Assembly (NCBI GenBank): GCA_963699155.1
Contig: OY969414.1
Coordinates: 1,163,757 to 1,227,756 of the forward strand
Source of the DNA: an uncultured Chlamydiales bacterium
GTDB taxonomy: Bacteria > Chlamydiota > Chlamydiia > Chlamydiales > JAAKFR01
Direction of reading: 5' to 3'
DNA: 64,000 nucleotides
Shown here: one piece after another, positions 1 through 9,779 of the stretch
How the letters are laid out: each line of letters begins with the position of its first letter
How positions within the stretch are numbered: position 1 is the first letter of the stretch
Position numbers and translations under genes: made by a program
Notes under the pieces: model-generated
Database searches by the model: none
What the model was told of the DNA's origin: nothing
What the model saw: the letters and a program-made list of their open reading frames with translations, nothing else

Positions 1-9
1 CTCTGCCCC

Positions 10-903
10 TTGATTGCCACTCAATTTGGTTTCCAGTGGGGATTTTTGATTGCAGCCTTAGGTATGGTCGTGGGGGTTGTAGCCTTGATTTGGAAAAGAG
101 ATCTGTTACCCCAGGAGCGTCTCCCCATCCAGAAAAAGAACGCTCTGGCAGTTTTGCCTATGATGGCTCTGATTTTAGGTATGGGCATACTAGCAATTTT
201 TAAAGAAGAGATGGCTTTACCCTTCCTGCCATGGATTACAGGAGGCTTTTTTTGCTTCTTTGCTTGGAAATTGCTGAAGGAGCATACCCTATCCAAGAGC
301 CAAGTTCGTCAATTTCTGATCTATCTGGGTGCCCTCATCCTCTTCTTTGCGGCCGAGGAGCAGATCTGCTCCTCTTTAGTGCTTTTCTCTGAAAGAGAGA
401 CAAATAGAGCTCTACTTGGCTGGGAGGTGCCAAGCAGCGTGATCATGGCGGTGAACCCCGTGGTGATCATTCTCTTCGGAACGCTAATCTCAAAGTTTCG
501 GGCAGCCATTTTCACTCCATTTGCCCTTGTGGCGCTCTCTTTCGGTAGCGTGGCTCTTCTCTGTTTATTCCATCTGGCAATCAGCTTCTGGGGAGTGATT
601 GGAATGGTGGCGGTTGTATCCCTGGCCGAATTGATGGTGGGACCTATCGTGATGAGTTTTGCTTCAGAAGTGGCTGCGAAGGGGAGGTCGGGGATGGTGA
701 TGGGAATGGTACCCATCGCTTTTTCACTCGCCTTTCTTTTGGGAGGGGGCTTTAGTAAGATGGTGGCAATTGAAGATCAGGTTACCTCGCTCGCCACGTA
801 TGGGGCAGGCTTTGGGAAAATTGCCCTTCTGACACTTATCGGAGGGCTTGTGCTGCAATTATTGCTAAGGAGAATGACCCGTGAAAAATATTCAATTTCT
901 TGA
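10..903 (+). CDS. POT/PTR-family MFS peptide transporter (5' part lies outside the window)
   Basis: Multi-TM protein; GFQWGFLIAALGM, FFAAEEQ..SSL.LF, VNPVVIIL and AELMVGP segments typical of POT transporters. Confidence 0.8.
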   Translation: MIATQFGFQWGFLIAALGMVVGVVALIWKRDLLPQERLPIQKKNALAVLPMMALILGMGILAIFKEEMALPFLPWITGGFFCFFAWKLLKEHTLSKSQVRQFLIYLGALILFFAAEEQICSSLVLFSERETNRALLGWEVPSSVIMAVNPVVIILFGTLISKFRAAIFTPFALVALSFGSVALLCLFHLAISFWGVIGMVAVVSLAELMVGPIVMSFASEVAAKGRSGMVMGMVPIAFSLAFLLGGGFSKMVAIEDQVTSLATYGAGFGKIALLTLIGGLVLQLLLRRMTREKYSIS

Positions 904-2215
904 GTCACTTGACGGAATAGAAGCTGATCTACTGATATTGAGAGATCCTGCTCTACAGCAGAAAATCGATCACCAATTGAAGGGAGCCCTCTCTTTTAAT
1001 CTGAAGAAGGGAAAGTCTCCTGTCTGGATGACCACAAATGGGGCCCATACAATCTCTCGGATTGTTTTACCGACAAAAGATGATGACTTAGCCGCGCTTG
1101 CCACTGAGAAAAGGGTAGTGGTGGCTATCGCCGATCAGCCGGCAGAAAAAGTGGCTTTTGAGATTCTTGTGAAAGAACCGTCGGCGGAATCTTTCATTTT
1201 TTTATGCCCCAATGCTGCGCAAGCGGAAAAAGCCTTTCAGAAGGAGCGCTTTCTTTTGGAGGGGCTCTTTGCGGCCAAAAGATTGATCGCCGCTCCCTCC
1301 AATTTATTGCCCCCTCAGGAATTTGCAAATCAGTGCCGTCTCCTCGAAAGCCAAGGAGTGAAGGTCGATGTTTTGGATGAAAAAAGGCTTAAAGAGATCG
1401 GTGCTGAGGCTCTTCTTGCAGTAGGGCAGGGGAGTATCCACCCTCCAAAAATGGTGGTCATGGAGTGGCGTGGTTCAAACGAGCGGCCACTGGTTTTGAT
1501 AGGAAAGGGGATCTGTTTCGATGCGGGGGGAATCAACCTCAAGACGGCCAACCTGACCGAAATGAAATGGGATAAAGCGGGTGCTGGGGCCGTCGTAGGT
1601 GTCTTGGATGTCCTTTCAAAAATGAAGGCTCCCATTAACGTTGTAGGGATCGTTGTACTGGCAGAGAATATGCCCGATGGGGCTGCCCTGAAGCCGGGCG
1701 ACGTCATCTCCACATTGGGGAAGAAACGGGTGGAGATCATCGATACCGATTGCGAGGGAAGGCTCGCTCTTGCCGATGGTCTTTCGTACGCCCAAATGAA
1801 CTATCACCCTCAAGTATTGATTGATCTGGGCACCCTGGCTGTAGAAACCTTTGGTGCCTTAGGAAGAGAGTATGCAGGTCTTTTTTGTAATGATGCTGAA
1901 CTCACCAACGAGCTTATCCAAGCAGGAAATGCCTCTGGAGACAAGCTGTGGCCCCTTCCCCTTGGCCCCTATTATGCAAGTCTCGTCAGCTCAAAAATCG
2001 CCGATCTCAAAAATGCGGGAGGTTACCGCTATGGGGCCAGTTCGGCAGCGGCAGAGTTTTTAAGGGCCTTTGTCGATCCACAAATCCCTTGGGCCCATAT
2101 CGACATTGCGGGAACAGCCTGGAAACTCGATGCTCCCGAAGCCGGCGTTTCCGGCTTCGGGATTCGATTGCTGGTCGACTATTGTATTAATAAAATAAGG
2201 AACCAGTGTTGCTAA
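881..2215 (+). CDS. pepA: M17 leucyl aminopeptidase family protein
   Basis: GKGICFDAGGINLK, MKWD, AENMP, DTDCEGRL and WAHIDIAG motifs; overlaps the transporter stop. Confidence 0.85.
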   Translation: MKNIQFLESLDGIEADLLILRDPALQQKIDHQLKGALSFNLKKGKSPVWMTTNGAHTISRIVLPTKDDDLAALATEKRVVVAIADQPAEKVAFEILVKEPSAESFIFLCPNAAQAEKAFQKERFLLEGLFAAKRLIAAPSNLLPPQEFANQCRLLESQGVKVDVLDEKRLKEIGAEALLAVGQGSIHPPKMVVMEWRGSNERPLVLIGKGICFDAGGINLKTANLTEMKWDKAGAGAVVGVLDVLSKMKAPINVVGIVVLAENMPDGAALKPGDVISTLGKKRVEIIDTDCEGRLALADGLSYAQMNYHPQVLIDLGTLAVETFGALGREYAGLFCNDAELTNELIQAGNASGDKLWPLPLGPYYASLVSSKIADLKNAGGYRYGASSAAAEFLRAFVDPQIPWAHIDIAGTAWKLDAPEAGVSGFGIRLLVDYCINKIRNQCC

Positions 2216-3401
2216 ATTCCGCTCCTTTAAGATTAAAATAAACGTGATCGAGAATGACCAATGGATCCGCTCTCTTTTTATCACAGTCGATTTCTTTGGC
2301 AATCTGGCGATAGGAAATAATTTCATCTAATGCTCTTGGGGAGGAGACACTAGAAAGCTTAGACTCCTTTTCAAATGGGGGCTCAATCGCAGCCAAAGCA
2401 AAGATCATCTGTGTAAAACCAATCTGGTTGACTATCCCTGTAAACAGACCCTTGTCATCCCCACGAACCGCTCCTACAAAAACTAAGAGAGCAGTTTCAG
2501 CAGAAAGTGTGGTAGTCGCAGCGTCTGGAAGGATTGAAAATTCGGCACCAGCCTTTTCCGGCTGTAGTAGAACACGAAAAGGTTGTGCCGAAGTTGACTT
2601 GAAGCAAACAGGCTGACACTCCTCTCTCAAGCGCAGCATGATCGCTTGATACTCATACAAAATAGATCCGAATGCCTTAGGGATGAACAAGAGGGGATCG
2701 GGGGTGTAGAGATGGGTCATCTCAATAGAGAGCATACTCATTAGAAATCCTCTGTCTTGGCATGAAGTTACTTTTTCTGCTTCTATTCTCAAGAATGCCA
2801 AGGAATTTAGGGAGAGGTTATGTTGAACGGCTTCAATGATTTTCATTCGGCTTCTCATGTCAAGTATGGCAATTTTATTGGAAAGCGACGAAAGCTTGTC
2901 GATATTCGAGTATGTGTGGATGATGCCATTCGGAAGTTTTTCAGATAGAGTACGGGTTTGTGCAAGAAGATAGCATTGGAATAGAAAAGCCAGTTTTTGT
3001 GAAATAACCGGACTGCCCAAATTCTCTTTAAAATAGACTCCAGGGCTAGATTTGGGTTTCTTGCCCGAGGTTCGATAGACCTCTACTCTTCTACGATTGA
3101 TCTCCTCTACAATCCCAGCCATTTTTTGGAGTAGATTCACTGCTTCTACTCTCAGTTCAGGATCGGCAAAAAAGAGATTCTGCAGAAAAGCGACAACCTG
3201 ACAGCTCCCATTTCCGGGATTCGTGTCGAGCTTTTTCACCTCTTTCTTGTCCCAAGCTTTGCAGGCTCCTATCGCAGTTCCTGTCAATAAAGTGGCTACA
3301 GCCAACATTGTCTTCTCATTCACTCTCTCATTGACAATCGCATCGATTAAAGCGGTTGGCAAAAGAGCGGATGCTAAATTAGTCGTTGAAATTCCAGACA
3401 T
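2187..3401 (-). CDS. Hypothetical protein (~404 aa)
   Basis: Long ORF; ATG at 3401 with GGTGA RBS; no recognised motif. Confidence 0.6.
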   Translation of the reverse strand: MSGISTTNLASALLPTALIDAIVNERVNEKTMLAVATLLTGTAIGACKAWDKKEVKKLDTNPGNGSCQVVAFLQNLFFADPELRVEAVNLLQKMAGIVEEINRRRVEVYRTSGKKPKSSPGVYFKENLGSPVISQKLAFLFQCYLLAQTRTLSEKLPNGIIHTYSNIDKLSSLSNKIAILDMRSRMKIIEAVQHNLSLNSLAFLRIEAEKVTSCQDRGFLMSMLSIEMTHLYTPDPLLFIPKAFGSILYEYQAIMLRLREECQPVCFKSTSAQPFRVLLQPEKAGAEFSILPDAATTTLSAETALLVFVGAVRGDDKGLFTGIVNQIGFTQMIFALAAIEPPFEKESKLSSVSSPRALDEIISYRQIAKEIDCDKKRADPLVILDHVYFNLKGAEFSNTGSLFY

Positions 3402-3441
3402 ATCTTCACCTTGTAAAAAAAATTTAAAAAAATAGAGTAAA

Positions 3442-3468
3442 CACCAGCTCAATTACCTTAAGCGGGTG
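3442..3468 (-). terminator. Hairpin plus U-rich tail, candidate attenuator terminator
   Basis: Minus strand CACC-C-GCTTAA ggtaa TTGAGC-T-GGTG, followed by TTTACTCTATTTTTTT. Confidence 0.5.
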
Positions 3469-3500
3469 AAAAACTAACTGTTATATGGAAAAATTAAGAA

Positions 3501-3587
3501 TTATTGCCGATGGCAATGATGATGATGGGGATGCACTGAAGTTTGCAAAGTAGCAACTGAAGAGATGACAGTTTGATTGATTTTCAT
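3501..3587 (-). CDS. His-rich short peptide, candidate leader peptide (28 aa)
   Basis: MKINQTVISSVATLQTSVHPHHHHCHRQ; GGAG RBS; 6 His in the last 10 codons; hairpin downstream. Confidence 0.55.
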   Translation of the reverse strand: MKINQTVISSVATLQTSVHPHHHHCHRQ

Positions 3588-3652
3588 TGCTTGACTCCAA
3601 AACATTAGCTCATATTTTTGAGCTGCTATAATTTTACCCGAAGCGTAGCTTT

Positions 3653-4699
3653 TTAGGCAACAACAGAACCGCACATCGCAGCTCTCACCTCTCTGGAGCC
3701 TTTGTGAGCGGTTTTCCCATGCATCGTGGCGACATTGTCGACAAAGATCAGGTCGCCTGCTTTCCAATCGCGGCCCACTTGATGCTTTTCTAGGATGTTC
3801 AGAATGGTGGAGGCCTCTTCAAGGCTGATGGGAGTGCCATCATCAAATTGGACATCAAACTGACGGCTGCTCTCAGTAGGGTAGAGGATGGTTGTGGCCG
3901 CTAGATATTTCCACCAACCCCCACACAGTTTGGGGCTCAGGATATCAACATAGATCTGGTTACAAAATAGGGTGATACCCTCGCTCTGGATCGTTCCAGG
4001 AATGCCGCTGCGTGAAACAACAAGCCACTTCTCATCCCATCTGTAGATTAAACCCTCTTCTCGAAACTTTTGTTCGACAACTTGTCGATCCTCGCTACCA
4101 AAACGGGCCTTGATCGTTGCGTGAGAGGGATTCAGTGTTTGAATCCATCGAGTATAGGCGCTTCCTTCGGGCAGATAACGGGCAGTATAAGTCAGGGGTG
4201 TGGTGCGCAGCTTTTCCCATAATGCAGGTAAAGCCTGTTTAATCTCTTCTGTGATATTTTTCACATTGGCAACGACCGTCTGCCCCATACCAGCCTGTGG
4301 AGGCGTCGAACAGAAAAAGGAGATGTATTGAGGCATCTGTTTTCGATCTCCGCCTGAGACCTCTTGATGGGGAGGGACCCAGACATCATCTGACTCAGCT
4401 GTCGAATGGTAGACATTATTGCCGACCTCTCTACGTGGCGTATCTCCCTTATAAACATCGGGTGGCTTTCCCAAAGCTGCTGTGAAGGCAGCGTGGAATT
4501 GAGCCTCTACCAGATTAAAGCCGCTAAAGACCACCGCTCCATAGGTTTTAATCGCCTCCGCGATGATTTTCTTATGGCTCCCTGCCCACTCAATAAAGTC
4601 GATGGGCTCACGAGGAGTCACCACGAGGGGGCATCCTGTTCTCGTTACAGAAAAACAGTGAAAATGGGTTTCAGGAAAGAGACTAGCTGTTATGGACAT
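3653..4699 (-). CDS. TauD/TfdA-family (SyrP-like) 2OG-Fe(II) dioxygenase
   Basis: YGAVVFSGF, PPHQE, ISFFCSTPP, GQT and WKAGDLIFVDN..TMHGK motifs. Confidence 0.85.
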   Translation of the reverse strand: MSITASLFPETHFHCFSVTRTGCPLVVTPREPIDFIEWAGSHKKIIAEAIKTYGAVVFSGFNLVEAQFHAAFTAALGKPPDVYKGDTPRREVGNNVYHSTAESDDVWVPPHQEVSGGDRKQMPQYISFFCSTPPQAGMGQTVVANVKNITEEIKQALPALWEKLRTTPLTYTARYLPEGSAYTRWIQTLNPSHATIKARFGSEDRQVVEQKFREEGLIYRWDEKWLVVSRSGIPGTIQSEGITLFCNQIYVDILSPKLCGGWWKYLAATTILYPTESSRQFDVQFDDGTPISLEEASTILNILEKHQVGRDWKAGDLIFVDNVATMHGKTAHKGSREVRAAMCGSVVA

Positions 4700-4824
4700 A
4701 TACTTCTCGACTTTGTACATTTTTTGACGGCTTCTTCGAGAGAATCGTCGTCGCATTAATTATTTTTGCGCTCATGAATAATCACGCTACCTCGATTTTG
4801 AAGCCAGCTTTTTTGGCCCTGCCT

Positions 4825-5359
4825 CGCTGAGACTCTCGGCTGCTGGAGCAGCCTCGGTCTCAGGCGCGGGTGGGGGCGCCGAAGGTCGCTCGCGGCCCTC
4901 TTCGGCCGCTGCCACTCCCAACGGCGCCAAATGCGAGCCGCTGATATCTTCATAGGTAAAAACTTTCCTGGAGCTATTATGGAGCCCCAACAACCCTATT
5001 CAGGAATCTTCTCTTCCATGTGCAAAGCCTCGTCTGAGAAGCCCCAGAAGGACTCAGATAGAAATAAGATGGTTAGATGATCTTCTGCCGAGTGACTACA
5101 AAGCACGTTTTGTTTGGGATTTTGTAGGACAACTCATATCTTGGACTGTTTTAGGTAACATAAAGTCAGCAGAAGGCAAAATAGGTCGTTCCAGCGTCAG
5201 ATCTAAGGCAAGGATAATGAAGATGGCTTGCGGAGGATTAATCCTGCCTATAACGTGCAATTTGCCACAGAGACCATAAGTCGAGTGATTATAGGAGTGG
5301 CTCGGCGCCCCCACCCGCGCCTGAGACCGAGGCTGCGCTAGCAGGCGAGTGTCTCAGCG
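4825..5359. repeat. GC-rich ~58-bp imperfect inverted repeat (4825-4882 / 5302-5359)
   Basis: TCGGCGCCCCCACCCGCGCCTGAGACCGAGGCTGC at 5302 is the exact reverse complement of 4848-4882; similarity continues with mismatches. Confidence 0.85.
5022..5200 (+). pseudogene. IS1182-like transposase N-terminal remnant
   Basis: Frame reads AKPRLRSPRRTQIEIRWLDDLLPSDYKARFVWDFVGQL..IKSAEGKIGR, like IS1182 transposase N-termini; no start codon in frame and no DDE domain. Confidence 0.6.
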
Positions 5360-5460
5360 GGGGCCAGAATGGAAACAAGATAAGAAGATCAGCTTACGCT
5401 GGCAAGATAGGTAAGATTATCATGGTTATCTTACGGCGATAGCCGATCTTGTTCGATCCA

Positions 5461-5718
5461 CTACTTCCTTGTGGAGAGGTAGTTGATTTCACTTCTGAGC
5501 TGTGTGAGAGAGCTCATCAATCGGTCTCTATTTTCGAAAGCATCTGCACCGGCGCCGAGGTAGAGATCTTGAATGGCTTCGAGTCTTTGGCTCAAGGTGG
5601 TAAATTGATCGATGGTGATGATACCATCATTGACTTTTTGCTGCAGAAGATCCTCTATCTCGTTGATCAACGGCACAGGATCATCGCGGATTCTATCAGG
5701 TCCATAGGAATAGGCCAT
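5461..5718 (-). CDS. Small helical hypothetical protein, paralog of 5817-6131
   Basis: YSYG..EIEDLLQQKVNDG.I.IDQFTTLSQRL; AGGAG RBS. Confidence 0.7.
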   Translation of the reverse strand: MAYSYGPDRIRDDPVPLINEIEDLLQQKVNDGIITIDQFTTLSQRLEAIQDLYLGAGADAFENRDRLMSSLTQLRSEINYLSTRK

Positions 5719-5816
5719 GAGATTACTCCTTCCTGTTTATTATATAAATTATTTGAATTCTTTAGGACTATTTTCTAACCTTAAAGAGATAAAGAGTCCT
5801 TTTTTGAGGTTAATAT

Positions 5817-6131
5817 ATGACTGAACCCGTTAGTGGAAGTCGAAGTTCCTATTCTTATGGCTCGCATAAGAAAGAAATTCAAAATGCCACAGAAATCATC
5901 ATGGAGATTGAGAATATTCTCCAGACGAAGCTTAACAATGGTGAGATCAATTTGCAGGAGTTTACAACGCTCAGCCAAAAACTGAATGGTATCCAGAAGC
6001 AGTATCAGACAGATCAAGGCAAAGAGAATAAAAACCAATCTCAATTGATCCATGCGCTCAATGATCTTAAAAACGAGATTGAATCGATTGCTGGCGGGGG
6101 AGCTACTTCCGGTGGTAGTGCTAAAAGCTAG
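5817..6131 (+). CDS. Small helical hypothetical protein, paralog of 5461-5718
   Basis: YSYG..EIENILQTKLNNGEINLQEFTTLSQKL; GAGG RBS. Confidence 0.7.
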   Translation: MTEPVSGSRSSYSYGSHKKEIQNATEIIMEIENILQTKLNNGEINLQEFTTLSQKLNGIQKQYQTDQGKENKNQSQLIHALNDLKNEIESIAGGGATSGGSAKS

Positions 6132-6133
6132 CG

Positions 6134-6967
6134 CTAGAAAAAGAGTTGTCCTTTGATGTGGATGGCGTTTTCGTCGCCGAAACGGCCCTCTACGGTGACG
6201 GCAAGGTTTTTGCAGTCAAAGGGGGGAGCGAGAGTGAGGCCAATGGCATAGCCAAAGTGGCGGCTGCTTTCGAGGTTGATGAGCGTTGCTACTGGGGGAC
6301 TGGTTGGTCTCACTAAGAGAGGTTGGTTGTTAAACTCCCACAAGGCGCGTGACCATTTGATGGCGATGTAGGGGACAAAATAGCAGCTGTACCGATAGGA
6401 AACCCCTGCTCCAAACTGCCATTCTGAATAGCGGGCGTGATCATCATTGGAATTTCCGCTGACATTCACGATGCGCCAGAGATGGGTGTGAGGTCTCGAA
6501 GAGAAGTATTGGCCCATGACGCCCAAAGCAAAGCAGCGGTAGTGCCAAATCGTGGCATGGGTCCCCACGCTCCAAGAAAAAGCTGTATTGGTGAAAAAAT
6601 CGAACCGAGGGCTAGGGTTGGAGCCATTGAAGGGTTTTAAACTGGTATTGAGCGAAAGCTGGGTGGCACCCAGTGTGGTGAAAATTTCAAATAGCTCTCC
6701 CACTGTGAGTCCCAAATAGCCTGCGTTAGTAGTGATATGGCTATAATCGATCTGTTTTCCAGCCACCGTTTTGAAGTGGCGGTTGAAAACGAAATCGCCA
6801 TAGTAGCCGAGCGTAAAATAGAGGGGCCTCTCCTCACTATTGCTAGCGCACTCTTTTTTACATTCTTTCATGGTAAAGAGGCTGGCCTCAGAGGGATTCC
6901 CGATGGGGAGAGCCTCAACTCTTGTCAGCAAGAAGAGGGCGGCTACGAAAAGAGATAGTTTTTTCAT
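6134..6967 (-). CDS. Chlamydial MOMP-like outer-membrane porin
   Basis: Signal peptide + ALPIGNPSEASL, YGDFVFNR, YSEWQ, VPYIAIKWSRA; C-terminal GQLFF. Confidence 0.85.
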   Translation of the reverse strand: MKKLSLFVAALFLLTRVEALPIGNPSEASLFTMKECKKECASNSEERPLYFTLGYYGDFVFNRHFKTVAGKQIDYSHITTNAGYLGLTVGELFEIFTTLGATQLSLNTSLKPFNGSNPSPRFDFFTNTAFSWSVGTHATIWHYRCFALGVMGQYFSSRPHTHLWRIVNVSGNSNDDHARYSEWQFGAGVSYRYSCYFVPYIAIKWSRALWEFNNQPLLVRPTSPPVATLINLESSRHFGYAIGLTLAPPFDCKNLAVTVEGRFGDENAIHIKGQLFF

Positions 6968-6978
6968 GAGATGCCCTC

Positions 6979-7788
6979 TTAAAATCGCAGTTGTCCGTTG
7001 ACGTAGATCGCTCTTTCATCACCAAAGCGACCCTCGACGGTGACCGCCAGTTGATGGCAGGCATAAGGATTGAGAGTCAGCCCGACAGCATATCCCCACT
7101 GTTTTTTGCTATGCAAATTGTAGAAAAAGGTGCCGGTATTACTTTCGATCAAGATATTGCGGCCATTCGCCAGCTTCCAATGGGCTCTGGAATATTTCGC
7201 TGCCACATAGGGGGTGAAGTAGGGGTTGTAACGGTAAGAAATTCCGCTTCCGATTTGCCACTCTTTGTAGTGCGTCGTCACCTTGTCATCCAAATAGGCC
7301 ACAGCTCCAGATGCAATATAGACCCGCTTAATATCGGGTTTAGTCGAAAAATATTGCCCTTCGATGCCCAGAGAAAAGCATTTGAATTCGTAAAGTGTGG
7401 CACGAGCGCCGATGCTATAGGAGAAGCGGGTTCCCGACTCGATCTCAAAGAGGGGAAAGGGGTCCAGCTTATTAAAGGCGGTCAAGCTAGTGTTCAATGA
7501 GAGGCGCGAAGTTCCCAAAGTGGCAAATAGTTCTGCACGCTCCTTAACCGTGAGCAGCAGGTAGGCAGCATTCGTGAAGAGCTTCACTGTATCGACATCT
7601 TTGCCCGGTTTGGTCTTCAAATGACGATTAAAGACATAGTCTCCATAAAAGCCTATCCCAAAACCCACCCAACGACAGCTTTCACACTCATCCGAGCGAA
7701 ACAAACTGGCTTCAGAAGGGTTTCCTACGGGAAGCGCATAGAGCCCATTGAGGAAGAGCCCTAAACAAATGATCAGAACTGTTTTCAT
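6979..7788 (-). CDS. Chlamydial MOMP-like outer-membrane porin (tandem paralog)
   Basis: ALPVGNPSEASL, YGDYVFNR, YKEWQ; C-terminal GQLRF. Confidence 0.85.
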   Translation of the reverse strand: MKTVLIICLGLFLNGLYALPVGNPSEASLFRSDECESCRWVGFGIGFYGDYVFNRHLKTKPGKDVDTVKLFTNAAYLLLTVKERAELFATLGTSRLSLNTSLTAFNKLDPFPLFEIESGTRFSYSIGARATLYEFKCFSLGIEGQYFSTKPDIKRVYIASGAVAYLDDKVTTHYKEWQIGSGISYRYNPYFTPYVAAKYSRAHWKLANGRNILIESNTGTFFYNLHSKKQWGYAVGLTLNPYACHQLAVTVEGRFGDERAIYVNGQLRF

Positions 7789-7857
7789 CGATACCTCAGA
7801 ATAAACAACAGAGCTACGTTACCCAATCAATCCATTTTTAGACACAAGAAGGTCTGA

Positions 7858-8394
7858 TTATTCCTTTGTTAATGCGTAATGCATTTGGACGAGCCCGCTG
7901 GGATAGGAGCGCGCAGAAAGAAGCTGACAAGGCATCTCCTTGCCGATAGTAAAAAGGGGAATGCCAGAGCCGAGCAGGTGAGGAATGATAGAGAGGATCA
8001 TCTCATCCACCAATCCCAATCGCAAAAATTGGGAGATAGTCTTTCCTCCATCGATCCAGATAGTGCCGACCCCTTCCACATGCAATCGTTGGAGCAAACG
8101 GCCGATGTCGCCAGAGAAGAGTTCTGCTTCTGGAATGACGTTTTGGAGAGTTTGGCTGAGAATGAACATTTTCTTGCCCGTATAAGGCCACATAGTTGTA
8201 CCGTAGGCACTGCTTGCCACTTCATAAGTTTTGCGGCCCATGATGACAGCGTCGATGCCAGTCAGAAAGCGTTTAAAGCCATAATCCTCATCCGATCCGC
8301 CGACACTGTCAAGCCAATCGAGGCTACCATCTTCACGTGCAATGAAGCCATCGATGCTGGAAGAAATATATATTGAAATTTTAGGTCGTTCCAT
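7858..8394 (-). CDS. Dihydrofolate reductase family (RibD C-terminal-like) protein
   Basis: SSSIDGFIAREDGSLDWL, MGRKTYE, WIDGG and PHLLGSGIPLF motifs. Confidence 0.85.
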   Translation of the reverse strand: MERPKISIYISSSIDGFIAREDGSLDWLDSVGGSDEDYGFKRFLTGIDAVIMGRKTYEVASSAYGTTMWPYTGKKMFILSQTLQNVIPEAELFSGDIGRLLQRLHVEGVGTIWIDGGKTISQFLRLGLVDEMILSIIPHLLGSGIPLFTIGKEMPCQLLSARSYPSGLVQMHYALTKE

Positions 8395-8403
8395 TTTTTT
8401 TCC

Positions 8404-9606
8404 TCATTTGGTGAATAGATTGGCGATTTCGCAATAAATGATCAACCCCCCTGCCAAAATAGTTGAGCGGAGAAGCCATCGATATTTCAATTCAGGATAG
8501 TACCAATTCTGCACTTTTGCTCGGCGCAGCAGATAGGTGGGCAGCAAAATGGCGATGATGGAGAGGATCATTCCAGCAAAACCTAAGATAACGATAAAGG
8601 CATTTGGAATGAGGAGCGATACGATAAATGGCGGAACCACTGTCAGCGTGGCAGCTGAGAGCCTACACAACGTTCTGGAAGCTATTTTCTTTGTAACCAT
8701 CCTTTGAAAAGTATCGCATAAACCGATGCCAACGCCGACTATCGAAGTGAGAATCGCTAGCAGCGAAATCCACCAGATGAGGAGCTGCACAGATCGTCCT
8801 TGGACAATGGTGGTGAGGGTATCGACAAGATCACCAATTTCAGCCTCCCCTTTCACCATTTTTTGGTAGAAAAGAGGGTTTTGATGGTGCACGACACTCA
8901 AAATGCTACAGCTCCATGTGATGTAGACAATCGCAGGGATGAAACTGCCCCACAAGAAGGCTCGTTTCAAAATTTTGCCCTCTCTGTTGCAGTAGTTGGT
9001 CAGCGTGTGAAAGATCACCTGGAAGCCGAAGGAGGTGAAGACAACGGGAATCACCGCTTGCCAGACAGAGAGTTCATGAGAGCTCTGAGCGAAGAGGGGA
9101 AGATCAGACCACTCCATTTTCGCGACGAGGCCAGAAATTAAGAGGAGAAGAGTGATCACTAAGCCGATAAATAAATAGCGATTGATATGGTCGATCAATT
9201 TAACGGGTAAGAGAAGGAGAGCCCAAGTGAGAAGAGCGCTGAAGCAGAGCAGACTCACCTGTTCAAACTCTGCATCTTTGCACAATGTTTGTACCAAGGA
9301 GGCGCCGGCATAGAAGAAGACTGCCAAAAGCGAATAGGAGAGAAGTTTGAGACTGCAACTCCCAATGGCTGCTGCGATGGGTCCCGAAAAGCGCTTTCCG
9401 AGTGCTCCTAAAGCCAACCCCTCGTCTGCCTGTAAATTCAGCTCCAGATTAACGAGAGAGGTATGATACATCACCCACCAGATAAGCAGCATCAGCAAGA
9501 TACTGCAAACGAGTCCCAATTTAGCGAGAACCATCGGGAGAGCAATCATGCCGCTCCCGATGCAGGTCCCAGCGACCAATAAGATCGATCCCATCTGTTT
9601 TTGCAT
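8404..9606 (-). CDS. Aromatic amino-acid permease (TyrP/Mtr, HAAAP family)
   Basis: ILLVAGTCIGSGMIALP and PVVFTSFGFQ motifs; ~11 TM segments. Confidence 0.85.
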   Translation of the reverse strand: MQKQMGSILLVAGTCIGSGMIALPMVLAKLGLVCSILLMLLIWWVMYHTSLVNLELNLQADEGLALGALGKRFSGPIAAAIGSCSLKLLSYSLLAVFFYAGASLVQTLCKDAEFEQVSLLCFSALLTWALLLLPVKLIDHINRYLFIGLVITLLLLISGLVAKMEWSDLPLFAQSSHELSVWQAVIPVVFTSFGFQVIFHTLTNYCNREGKILKRAFLWGSFIPAIVYITWSCSILSVVHHQNPLFYQKMVKGEAEIGDLVDTLTTIVQGRSVQLLIWWISLLAILTSIVGVGIGLCDTFQRMVTKKIASRTLCRLSAATLTVVPPFIVSLLIPNAFIVILGFAGMILSIIAILLPTYLLRRAKVQNWYYPELKYRWLLRSTILAGGLIIYCEIANLFTK

Positions 9607-9611
9607 AACTA

Positions 9612-9776
9612 ACTCCAGCTCGGCTTTTAACTCCCTCGACTGCAGAGAGATTTTCGAGAAAAAAGGCTTGCTTGCAGGCTCGGAAATAGCGCTTTGGCTA
9701 TTACCTTCGCCTGCAAGTAAGCCTTTTTTCTCGAAAATCTCTCTGCAGTCGAGGGAGTTAAAAGCCGAGCTGGAGT
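9612..9776. mobile_element. 165-bp palindromic MITE-like insertion with 6-bp target duplication TAACTA
   Basis: Arms 9610-9679 and 9709-9778 are reverse complements at 69/70 positions; TAACTA at 9606-9611 and 9777-9782. Confidence 0.85.
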
Positions 9777-9779
9777 TAA

